NCBI GenBank assembly: GCA_947377425.1
Contig: CANCFZ010000001.1
Location: 1-50,324, forward strand
From: Flavobacteriaceae bacterium
GTDB taxonomy: Bacteria > Bacteroidota > Bacteroidia > Flavobacteriales > Flavobacteriaceae
Direction of reading: 5' to 3'
Length of the DNA: 50,324 bases
Shown: in pieces, positions 31,101 to 39,367 of the stretch
How the letters are laid out: the number at the start of each line of letters is the position of its first letter
Numbering within the stretch: position 1 is the first letter of the stretch
Notes under the pieces: model-generated
Told to the model about the DNA's origin: nothing
Seen by the model: the letters and a program-made list of their open reading frames with translations, nothing else
Database searches by the model: none
Program-made: the position numbers and the translations under genes

Positions 31101-31185
31101 TTCCTGTTACATTTTGCGCAAATGCAAAACCCGAAAAAAACATCGTTAGAAATACTAAAAAGCCCTTGAGTAGACTATTTTTCAT
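28183..31185 (-). CDS. SusC/RagA family TonB-dependent transporter
   Basis: Signal peptide, N-terminal carboxypeptidase-regulatory-like domain, EVVVIGYG, LKDASSTAIYGSRGANGVIVITTK, LKWETT, YSGFDPE, terminal F. Confidence 0.96.
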   Translation of the reverse strand: MKNSLLKGFLVFLTMFFSGFAFAQNVTGKVSDSKGGSLPGVSVTVKGTSNSQQTDLDGNFTIKNVASDAVLVFSYIGLKTQEVKVAGKTSLNVTMADDLQELKEVVVIGYGSVKKKDATGAVDQLNSKNFDNISATSPADLLRGKVSGVQVTSSSGEPGAASSIRIRGNSSIRSGNGPLIVIDGVPLDGGDISAGGDDLLGTSSARNPLNFVNQNDIESMTILKDASSTAIYGSRGANGVIVITTKKSKSKEPQLNFSTNVTFSKFSSKLNVMDSNTFVRNGGADTGSRVYNWKDAVLRGGLTVNNDVSFSKSTDNSSTRLSFGASNTEGIVKNTGIDKYTFSLNNSNDYFGGNLKIESKINYAGIKDKATLISNNAGFIGNLIGSALYWNPTNPIYDNSPDGYYNPGYSSTSYGSDTYLNPVQLLDSYKDYTNTNKILASIKSTLKLSKNLNYQFLFGVEGSNSVRKSQLLPSIHIQNVAQATAPGSTTVKYGQAALMNNNKFNKTFEHTLNYNKTFNDNFIFDALVGYSYYDYNADGSFSSGKGYDDAQVNLIDNIEGGLQNEFRVSSYRSRVQLQSYYTRLNATLYKKFLVTATIREDGSTKLGVNNKYGSFPSVGLGYKVFEGKEGLANSLKLRANFGTTGNQEFAPNSAIARSSYGLNGSLNVDSNANTILKWETTKSYGFGADFTLIKNRLSGNVDYFNRDTKNLIFPVPAASTQPGPPSPRYVNLDGNLINKGYEIGLNYKVINKGDFTWDVSANASFIKNTMKNFAGFIQAGALNGQGLSNAYAQVVTNNEPIYSYYMYEWRGYAADGTSIYADAAGNNAGLGLAAKKLVGKQGLPKMNIGFTTNMAYKNFDMSASFYGAFGHYLYNNTANAYFFKGAFQGGRNVPEEVATSAQAQGDPNSPSTKYLEKGDFLRMGNLTFGYTFSGATLDKLKIKSARFYVNGQNLLLFTKYSGFDPEVNTDKSLNGVPSAGIDYLSYPRSKAFAVGLNVTF

Positions 31186-31229
31186 ACGTAATAATTAGTT
31201 AGTTAATAAATTGATTTATAATATAACAT

Positions 31230-31237
31230 CAAACATA
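31230..31237 (-). promoter_or_regulatory. -7 promoter element of the susC operon
   Basis: TATGTTTG on the minus strand, 45 bp before the start. Confidence 0.6.
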
Positions 31238-31273
31238 ATTTAATTTTATGATAACTTTAAGATTTAAACACAA

Positions 31274-31307
31274 CGAAAACGTTATAGTAATAACGAAAAC
31301 GTTTTCG
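31274..31307. promoter_or_regulatory. Tandem LacI-family operators upstream of susC
   Basis: CGAAAACGTTATAG (31274-31287) and perfect palindrome CGAAAACGTTTTCG (31294-31307), 20 bp apart. Confidence 0.85.
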
Positions 31308-31562
31308 ATTCATAATCAAATACGTAAAAAAAGCGCTAAAAAATTATTAGATGTGTAAAAAAATAGGGGTAAAAAAATGCTATCTATTTTTTTTAAGAAA
31401 ATTTTAGCAATAAAGCCTGATTTTACTATGTCTAAAGTGACTTTTTTAGCTTTTAGTGAAAAATCCTTACTTCTAACTTTATAATAAGTACAGAAGTAAG
31501 GATTTATTTGTTCAATTCGTGGCAAAAACAACTAATGCTCTTGCCTTTAAATTTATAGCTAA

Positions 31563-33566
31563 TTAGTCTTTTATAAGAATCGTTTTATTGTCAATTCCAA
31601 GTCCAATTATCTTCAATGATTTCCATTGTTTTGGCAGATTTCCTTTGTTGTATTTTAAGCCATTATCTGTTTGCTCAACTCCACCAAAACCATAAATCAC
31701 AGCTTGCAACATAGCGCCTGCTCCGGTAGCAAAATAAGGATTATTACTGTTAGCCGATTCTGAAAAAACTCCAAATGGCGGACGACTATTTGGCAAATAG
31801 GCTTTTACAAAATGTTCGTAGGCTTTTTCTTTATCTCCCAATCTAGCATACAAAACCGATAATATTCCGTGCGCCATTGCTGGGCCGTCTTTTTTATCCA
31901 CTTTTTCAGAATAATAGGCTAAGTCTTTAATTATTTGTTCTCTATCGGTAATAATGTGTAATGGATAAGCCAATAAATTCACATCACCTTGTTTAATCGT
32001 TTGACCCGAATACCCTTTATAATTTTGAGTAATTCCATTTTCTCTATGAATCATAATATTATCAGAAACGGCAACCCATTTTGGATTAATAGGTTCTCCT
32101 AAAATAGTGGCTGCTTTTATTGTATTTCGTAACGCCTCAATAGCAGAAGCATTAGTGAAGGCATTATCATCAACATGTTGCGCATATTCATCGGCACCTA
32201 CTACATTTAAAATTGAATAACTTCCATCAGTATTTTTAACCACTCGACTTACCCAAAAATCGGCAGTTTCTTTCAGTACTTTATACTCACTTTTTAACCA
32301 CGATTTATCTTGAGTTAACGCATAATAATTCCAAAATGCAATGGCGACATCGGCCGTAATGTGTTGCTCAAAAATTCCAGTTAATGCCCAAGTAGGTGTT
32401 GCTTCTTCTCCAGTATCATCACTTTCCCACGGAAACATAGCGCCTTTATAACCGTAAATTGTGGCTTTTTGTTTGGCTTTTTCTAACCTATCAGAACGGT
32501 AATCCAAACATGATTTTGCAAGTTCAGGTTGTAATGCTAATAATGTTGGGTACATCCAAAGTTCCGAATCCCAAAAAATATGTCCGTTATATCCTTGTGA
32601 CGATAATCCCATAGGCGCAATACTCTGACGGGTTTCGGGACGAATGAACGAATACAAATTATACAATGCAAATCGAACGCGTTGTTGTGCATCCAAATCA
32701 CCCTCAATTTGAATATCACCGGTATTCCAAAGTTCCGCCCATGCTTGTTTGTGTCGTTCTACTAATTTGTCAATTCCTTCTTGCAGAGCAAAAATAGGCT
32801 GACGCTCTGACTCATTCAACGGATCGGTAATGTCCTTAGAAGTACAAATCCCGCCAGCAATAGCAAATCGATATTTTTTGCCTTTCACTAATTTTTTAGT
32901 AAATCCAACTTCATCACCAGTTTGTTTCAATGGTTCTTTATCCCCATCAAACAAAAATGTAGTTGAAGCAGCAATAGTCACTTTACCGTTCAGAGTTTTG
33001 GCTGAAGTTCCAAAAACTGGCATCAAAAACTGATTGTCTTTCAGCACGCGATACTGACTTTTAGCTTCTTTCAATTCTTCTGGAACGACCATATAATTGT
33101 TAACCGTGATTTCAATATCTTTCTTGGGCGTGATTTCTACTATAGCCATCGCCGAATAAGGAATTGCTCTGTTTGCCAAAATTGTGTAGTTAATAGTAGC
33201 TGACTCTTTAAACGAAAAGGAAACCGAACTCATGCCTTCTTTCATAGAAACCTGCTGACTCCAATTATCAATATTATCAGACTTTATTAATTCGTTATTA
33301 ATGCTCATGTGGAGATTCAAAAACTCAATTCCACGGACAATCTTACTAATTCCGTTTTCTAAACTTGGTTGATAAACACCATTCAAAATAATTTCTTTTG
33401 TTTTAAGGGGCTCGTCATTGGTTACAATACCAATTTGCCCATTTGCCATAGCAACACCAAAATAATTTTGACGTGAATTTGCAGTTAAATGCCACTCATC
33501 TGATTTGTTTTGACTAAATAAAGATAGCGAAGCAAAGCATGAAAACACTAGTAATTTAAATTTCAT
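31563..33566 (-). CDS. GH65 glycoside hydrolase, secreted (kojibiose hydrolase / acid trehalase / PGGHG-like)
   Basis: Signal peptide; GLSSQGYNGHIFWDSE, GAMFPWES, EQHITADVA, GADEY, KQGDV, DGPAM, GVFSES, FATGAGAMLQ. Confidence 0.88.
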   Translation of the reverse strand: MKFKLLVFSCFASLSLFSQNKSDEWHLTANSRQNYFGVAMANGQIGIVTNDEPLKTKEIILNGVYQPSLENGISKIVRGIEFLNLHMSINNELIKSDNIDNWSQQVSMKEGMSSVSFSFKESATINYTILANRAIPYSAMAIVEITPKKDIEITVNNYMVVPEELKEAKSQYRVLKDNQFLMPVFGTSAKTLNGKVTIAASTTFLFDGDKEPLKQTGDEVGFTKKLVKGKKYRFAIAGGICTSKDITDPLNESERQPIFALQEGIDKLVERHKQAWAELWNTGDIQIEGDLDAQQRVRFALYNLYSFIRPETRQSIAPMGLSSQGYNGHIFWDSELWMYPTLLALQPELAKSCLDYRSDRLEKAKQKATIYGYKGAMFPWESDDTGEEATPTWALTGIFEQHITADVAIAFWNYYALTQDKSWLKSEYKVLKETADFWVSRVVKNTDGSYSILNVVGADEYAQHVDDNAFTNASAIEALRNTIKAATILGEPINPKWVAVSDNIMIHRENGITQNYKGYSGQTIKQGDVNLLAYPLHIITDREQIIKDLAYYSEKVDKKDGPAMAHGILSVLYARLGDKEKAYEHFVKAYLPNSRPPFGVFSESANSNNPYFATGAGAMLQAVIYGFGGVEQTDNGLKYNKGNLPKQWKSLKIIGLGIDNKTILIKD

Positions 33567-33587
33567 AATTTAGGAATATTTTATCTT

Positions 33588-33595
33588 CAAACTTA
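33588..33595 (-). promoter_or_regulatory. -7 promoter element for GH65
   Basis: TAAGTTTG on the minus strand, 22 bp before the start. Confidence 0.6.
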
Positions 33596-33650
33596 TCATT
33601 TATTTTTTTTATTTGGAAGATAAATATCAAAAGTATAATTATCCATCAAT

Positions 33651-33664
33651 CGAAAACGTTTTCG
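33651..33664. promoter_or_regulatory. LacI-family operator between divergent GH65 and GH13 genes
   Basis: Perfect palindrome CGAAAACGTTTTCG. Confidence 0.85.
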
Positions 33665-33751
33665 GTTTTATTATGCAATTGTATTTTATTTAAAAAAGCA
33701 TTTCTTTCATATTATTATATAAATTGTCACACATTTCAAATTTTTCATTAA

Positions 33752-35506
33752 ATGAAACTTAAAAACGTATTTGCTTTAACTTTAGCTTTTTTGTCCACTC
33801 AAATTGATTTTGCACAGGAAACAGCTGCTACTTTAGACCGTAAATGGTGGAAAGAAGCCGTAGTATATCAAATTTATCCAAGAAGTTTTAAAGATTCTGA
33901 TGGCGATGGAATTGGTGATTTAAAAGGTATCATTTCCAAATTAGATTATCTTAAAAGTTTAGGCGTTGATGTAATTTGGTTAAATCCAATTTATGGCTCT
34001 CCAAATGCTGATAATGGGTATGATATTTCCGATTATCAAGCTATAATGAAAGAATTTGGAACCATGGATGACTTTGACGCATTGCTAAAAGGTATGCACC
34101 AAAGAAACATTAAATTAGTAATGGATTTAGTAGTTAATCATAGTAGTGACGAGCACAGATGGTTTCAAGAAAGCAGAAAATCACGCGACAATCCGTATCG
34201 AGATTATTACCATTGGTGGCCAGCCGAGAAAGGCAAACCAGCTTTCAGACCTGGTGCATTTGAAGCTGATGGAAGTGGTTGGAGGTATGATAAACAAACT
34301 GATTCCTATTACTTACATTATTTCAATTTCAAGCAACCCGATTTGAATTGGGAAAACCCAAAACTGCGTCAAGAAATTTACACTATGATGCGTTGGTGGC
34401 TAGATAAAGGCATCGACGGATTTAGAATGGATGTTATTCCGTTTATTTCTAAAGACACTACTTTTCCTGTAATTACGCAAGCAGATTTAGATAAAGATTA
34501 TCACGGTAGATGGGATGTTTTTATGGGGCAAGGACCTCATTTACACGAGTATCTTCAAGAAATGAATCGTGAGGTTTTAAGCAAATACGATTGTATGTCA
34601 TTAGCCGAAGGTGCTGGAATGCTGACTTCTACTGCTTTAAACTTTGTTGATCCAGCAAGAAAAGAATTAAACATGGGTTATCACTTTGAAGGAACTAATT
34701 TAGGATATGTGCCTGGTTTTTTTAAAAAAATGGGAAATTATTCTTTACTAGATTTCAAAAAAATCTATTCTGATTGGGACAAAGTATATGCCGATAAAGG
34801 TTGGGGAACTATTTATTTAGGAAACCACGACCAACCAAGAATGGCAACACGTTGGGGTAATGATTCGCCAGAATTTCATGATTATTCGTCTAAATTACTG
34901 ACTACTTTTTTACTATCAATGCGAGGTACGCCTTATTATTATAATGGTGATGAACTAGGAATGACTAATGCTAAATTTGATAAAATTGAAGATTACCGAG
35001 ATATCGAAACACTGGCAGAATACCAAAAGGTGATAAACGAAAAAGGTGATTTGAAACAATTTATTGAAGACCAAAAAACAGGTGGCGCTCGTGACAATGG
35101 AAGAACGCCTTTTCAATGGAATTCAACTGCAAATGGTGGATTTACTAGAGGAACGCCATGGCTAAAAGTGAATGATAACCACGTTACTTTAAATGCCGAA
35201 ACTCAAGGGAAAGATCCAAAATCTACTTTGAATTATTTTAGAAAAATGGTTCAATTGAGAAAAAATAATTTGGCTTTAGTTTATGGAAAATACACTTTAA
35301 TTGATGCTGAAAATCCAAATATATATGCATATACAAGAGAATTAGCTGGTAAAACAATTTTGGTAGTATTGAATTTCTCAACGCAAAAAGCAACTATAAA
35401 AACAGGCTTAGACACTAAAAAAGCAAAACTATTAATCAATAATTACGAAGGTAAATCTTCTACCTCAACACTTCGTCCATACGAAGCTGCGATTTACCAA
35501 TTATAA
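33752..35506 (+). CDS. GH13 alpha-glucosidase / oligo-1,6-glucosidase type, with signal peptide
   Basis: WWKEAVVYQIYPRSF, DLVVNHSSD, QPDLNW, DGFRMDVIPFISK, NHDQPR, RDNGRTPFQW. Confidence 0.92.
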   Translation: MKLKNVFALTLAFLSTQIDFAQETAATLDRKWWKEAVVYQIYPRSFKDSDGDGIGDLKGIISKLDYLKSLGVDVIWLNPIYGSPNADNGYDISDYQAIMKEFGTMDDFDALLKGMHQRNIKLVMDLVVNHSSDEHRWFQESRKSRDNPYRDYYHWWPAEKGKPAFRPGAFEADGSGWRYDKQTDSYYLHYFNFKQPDLNWENPKLRQEIYTMMRWWLDKGIDGFRMDVIPFISKDTTFPVITQADLDKDYHGRWDVFMGQGPHLHEYLQEMNREVLSKYDCMSLAEGAGMLTSTALNFVDPARKELNMGYHFEGTNLGYVPGFFKKMGNYSLLDFKKIYSDWDKVYADKGWGTIYLGNHDQPRMATRWGNDSPEFHDYSSKLLTTFLLSMRGTPYYYNGDELGMTNAKFDKIEDYRDIETLAEYQKVINEKGDLKQFIEDQKTGGARDNGRTPFQWNSTANGGFTRGTPWLKVNDNHVTLNAETQGKDPKSTLNYFRKMVQLRKNNLALVYGKYTLIDAENPNIYAYTRELAGKTILVVLNFSTQKATIKTGLDTKKAKLLINNYEGKSSTSTLRPYEAAIYQL

Positions 35507-36675
35507 TGAATTTAGCACTAAAAAATAACCGAATTGAAGTAGTAGATGCCTTGCGAGGTTTCGCTATTATGTGCATTGTACTTTTGCACAATATGGAACA
35601 CTTTGAATTTGTTTATGAACCAACTCAATTTCCAGAATGGCTTAAAAATTTAGATGCAAATATACTGAGTGCTGCTTATTTTTTATTTGGAGGAAAAGCC
35701 TATGCCATCTTTGCAATTTTATTTGGGTTTAGTTTTTACATTCAAAATGACAATCAAAACAAACAAGGAAAAGATTTTAGAGGTCGTTTCTTTTGGCGTA
35801 TGATGTTACTCTTGGTTTTTGGATTTATAAATACAGCTTTCTACCAAGGCGATATACTAACGATGTACGCCATTTTAGGATTATTATTAATTCCTGTCTC
35901 TAATTTGAGTACTAAAACCGTTTTTATAATAGCCGTTATTTTGATGTTTCAACCTATGGAATGGGGAAAATACATTTACATGATTTTCAATCCAGATTAT
36001 ATTCCAACTCCAAATTTATCTGAAAGTTACTATAAAGATATTTCAACCTACATGAATCATGGTGGTTTTTGGGATTACATGATTGGTGATGTTACCAAAG
36101 GCAAGGCTGCATCTTTACTTTGGTCGTGGGAAAACGGGCGATTTTTTCAAGCTCCAGCCTTATTCATGTTGGGAATGCTAGCCGGAAGAAAACAACTTTT
36201 TTCTAACATCGAAAACAATTTATTGTTCTGGAAAAAGGCTTTAAAAATTGCTATTTTAGCATTTATACCATTATATATTTTTTCCTTTTATTTGCCAGAT
36301 ATTGAAACTAATAAATTCGCCTTAGCAAGATTATTAGTGATTTTTGGTTCCTGGTCAAATTTTGCTATGATGACTTTTTGGGTATCTGCCTTTGTAATAT
36401 TATTTTATTCTACCAAAGTTAACTCATTGTTAGCAAAATTAATTCCTTTCGGAAAGATGAGTTTGTCAAATTATATCATTCAATCCATTGTTGGCTCCAC
36501 ATTATATTACAAATACGGTTTCGGATTATACCAATATACTGGAGCAACATTTTGTCTTTTAATCGGAATTATTTTATTTCTATTGAATGTTATTTTTTGT
36601 ACTTGGTGGTTAAAAAATCATAAACAAGGTCCGTTGGAATACATTTGGCACAAACTAACATGGATATCATTTTAA
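35506..36675 (+). CDS. DUF418 (YeiB-like) membrane protein
   Basis: RIEVVDALRGFA, FAILFGFSF, GDILTMYA, GKMSLSNYIIQS, QGPLEYIW; TAATG coupling to the upstream GH13. Confidence 0.85.
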   Translation: MNLALKNNRIEVVDALRGFAIMCIVLLHNMEHFEFVYEPTQFPEWLKNLDANILSAAYFLFGGKAYAIFAILFGFSFYIQNDNQNKQGKDFRGRFFWRMMLLLVFGFINTAFYQGDILTMYAILGLLLIPVSNLSTKTVFIIAVILMFQPMEWGKYIYMIFNPDYIPTPNLSESYYKDISTYMNHGGFWDYMIGDVTKGKAASLLWSWENGRFFQAPALFMLGMLAGRKQLFSNIENNLLFWKKALKIAILAFIPLYIFSFYLPDIETNKFALARLLVIFGSWSNFAMMTFWVSAFVILFYSTKVNSLLAKLIPFGKMSLSNYIIQSIVGSTLYYKYGFGLYQYTGATFCLLIGIILFLLNVIFCTWWLKNHKQGPLEYIWHKLTWISF

Positions 36676-36687
36676 TCAAAACAAACA

Positions 36688-38436
36688 ATGAATCTAAAAA
36701 AAACACTTTATATAGTATCACTTTTTATGTTGTTATCATCGCAAAAAAATTTGGCTCAAGAATCAAAATTAACTGTAGACGCACTTGAAAAAAAATGGTG
36801 GAAAGAAGCTGTTGTGTATCAAATATATCCTAGAAGTTTTAAAGACAGTAATGGCGACGGAATTGGCGATTTAAAAGGAATTATTTCTGAATTGGATTAT
36901 ATAAAAAGTTTAGGAATTGATGCCGTTTGGTTAAATCCAATTTATGAATCTCCAAATGATGACAATGGTTACGACATCAGTAACTATCGTGAAATCATGA
37001 AAGATTTTGGAACTATGCAAGACTTTGATTTATTGCTAAAAGGAATGCACGACCGTGGTATTAAAGTTGTAATGGATTTAGTATTTAATCACAGTAGTGA
37101 CGAACATTATTGGTTTCAAGAAAGCAGAAAATCTAGAGACAATAAATACAGAAATTATTACTATTGGTGGCCCGCCGAAAAAGGAACGCCACCCTATAGA
37201 TGGAGTTGGTTTGACGTAAATAGCAATGCTTGGAAATATGACGCTACAACAGATTCATACTACTTACATTATTTTTCAAAAAAGCAACCCGATTTGAATT
37301 GGAATAATCCAACAGTTCGTCATGAGCTATATGACGTAATGAAATATTGGCTTGACAAAGGTGTTGATGGATTTAGAATGGATGCTTTTCAATTCATTTC
37401 TAAAGATGATAGCTTTCCAGAGTTGCCAAAAGAATGTGTAGGCAAACCATTAGAAATTATAAAATATTATGGTAATGGCCCGCATTTACACGAGTATATT
37501 CAAGAAATGAATCGGGAAGTATTGAGTAAATACCCTAACGTGATGACCGTTTCGGAAGGCGCTGGAGATTCGCCACAAGCGGCTTTAAAATTTGTTGATC
37601 CAGATCGAAAAGAATTGAGCATGGCGTATCACTTTGAAAGTGTTGACGTAGGCAATCACGTTCTAGATTTTGGATTGGTAAAATACAAAGAAATTTTTTC
37701 TAGATATGATGAAGCCTTTAAAGACAAAGGTTGGCTGTCTATTTTCTTAGCTAATCACGACCAACCTAGAATGGTGAGTAAATTTGGAAGTGATACGCCT
37801 CAATATCGCGAAATTTCATCCAAAATGCTTTCTACTTTTGTAATGACTATGCGCGGAACATCTTATTATTATCAAGGTGACGAGTTAGGAATGGACAATA
37901 TTCGTTTTGACAACATTGATGATTATAACGATGTTGATACTCGAAATAGATATGAGTTTTTAAAAAATAATAACGGTGATTTAAAAGCGTTTCTTGAAGA
38001 TCGAAAACAAACTTCAAGAGAAAATGGAAGAACCCCTTTTCAATGGAATTCTGAAAAAAATGCTGGATTCACTGATGGAAAACCTTGGTTGAAAGTCAAT
38101 TCGAATCACACAACAATCAATGCGCTAGCACAAGAAAAAGAGCCAAATTCAATACTAAATTATTTTAGAAAATTAGTTTCACTTAGAAAAAATAATCCTG
38201 TATTAGTATATGGAAAATACACTTTGTTAGACAAAGAAAATCCTGCAATTTTTGCCTATATAAGAGAACTTGACGGAAGAAAACTGTTAATTTTATTAAA
38301 TTTTACTGATAAAGAAGCCAAATTAAATTCTGATTTAAAATTAAGCAACGCAAAATTATTATTAGGAAATTACAACAACGCCAGTACTAATGGAACGTTA
38401 AAACCATATGAAGCCGTAGTACTAGAATTGAAATAA
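36688..38436 (+). CDS. GH13 alpha-glucosidase, second paralog, with signal peptide
   Basis: WWKEAVVYQIYPRSF, DLVFNHSSD, QPDLNW, DGFRMDAFQFISK, NHDQPR, RENGRTPFQW. Confidence 0.92.
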   Translation: MNLKKTLYIVSLFMLLSSQKNLAQESKLTVDALEKKWWKEAVVYQIYPRSFKDSNGDGIGDLKGIISELDYIKSLGIDAVWLNPIYESPNDDNGYDISNYREIMKDFGTMQDFDLLLKGMHDRGIKVVMDLVFNHSSDEHYWFQESRKSRDNKYRNYYYWWPAEKGTPPYRWSWFDVNSNAWKYDATTDSYYLHYFSKKQPDLNWNNPTVRHELYDVMKYWLDKGVDGFRMDAFQFISKDDSFPELPKECVGKPLEIIKYYGNGPHLHEYIQEMNREVLSKYPNVMTVSEGAGDSPQAALKFVDPDRKELSMAYHFESVDVGNHVLDFGLVKYKEIFSRYDEAFKDKGWLSIFLANHDQPRMVSKFGSDTPQYREISSKMLSTFVMTMRGTSYYYQGDELGMDNIRFDNIDDYNDVDTRNRYEFLKNNNGDLKAFLEDRKQTSRENGRTPFQWNSEKNAGFTDGKPWLKVNSNHTTINALAQEKEPNSILNYFRKLVSLRKNNPVLVYGKYTLLDKENPAIFAYIRELDGRKLLILLNFTDKEAKLNSDLKLSNAKLLLGNYNNASTNGTLKPYEAVVLELK

Positions 38437-38442
38437 AGATAA

Positions 38443-39015
38443 ATGAAAAAAACTGCAACAGTACTATTAATCCTAATACTAACCTCAACGTTTTTATATA
38501 ATGTTGTTGGGTATTATTTGCTAGTTTCTCTTAAAAAAGAGCAAGCTTGGGTTAGTGCTGTTCAAAAAGATTCTAACTGCAATTTTAAAGTTATAAAACT
38601 GAATGCATCGGTATATTCGTTTATGGAAGACACCGATTTTGAATATGTAAACGAGAATGTTATCATCAACAAAAATGTATACCATGTATTCAAAAAAAGA
38701 ATAAAAGACAACATCATCAGTTTGTATTATTTACCTAACAAACAACAATCTACAACCGAAATCAATCTTAAAAAATTGGTCGACAACGATCTTTTTGAAA
38801 ATGCACCTTTGTCAAAAAAACCACTCGAAAAACTATTTAAGTCACTTATAAAAGATTATTTCCCAAGTAATTACTACAGTGAAGAATACAATGCACAATC
38901 TTATGTTGCACTTTTATGTGACGATTCACATCCAAATGGCAGACTTCATGCCGGATTTAAAACACTCGCCTACTCTCCTCCCAAAACAAGTCAATCACTT
39001 CTATTACTATCTTAA
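38443..39015 (+). CDS. Hypothetical protein with N-terminal hydrophobic segment and C-terminal SPP motif
   Basis: 190-aa ORF 6 bp after GH13; hydrophobic residues about 5-30; ends LAYSPPKTSQSLLLLS. Confidence 0.7.
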   Translation: MKKTATVLLILILTSTFLYNVVGYYLLVSLKKEQAWVSAVQKDSNCNFKVIKLNASVYSFMEDTDFEYVNENVIINKNVYHVFKKRIKDNIISLYYLPNKQQSTTEINLKKLVDNDLFENAPLSKKPLEKLFKSLIKDYFPSNYYSEEYNAQSYVALLCDDSHPNGRLHAGFKTLAYSPPKTSQSLLLLS

Positions 39016-39367
39016 TAGAAAACATATTCATGGCAACAGCTGTGATCTAGTGATTGTCCGTTACATTAACGAAACCGTAATTTGACTTAGTTGAGAATTT
39101 CAAATTGGGTGTTATGTTGATTGATGTATTTCAAGAAATTATTCCATTTTAACTTTTGATTTATAATAACAGAAAAAGTTAGTTATTAATATGTGAATTT
39201 ATTTTGAAGTAAATGATACTTACTCTAATTAATTTATTGGACAATCATTCTGATTAAAACAGTATCTGCTAGAATATTTTTCTAAAGACATTAGTATAGT
39301 CATCATACAATTTCTCGCTTTTTAATTAAAATCGTGACAAAAATTCAAAACCAATAACACTAAAATA

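Noticed and set aside
31316-31531. 71-aa intergenic ORF upstream of susC
   Set aside because: TTG start, low-complexity AT-rich sequence, no motif; region looks regulatory.
38879-39085. 68-aa ORF overlapping the 3' end of the hypothetical gene
   Set aside because: Alternate frame with no supporting features.
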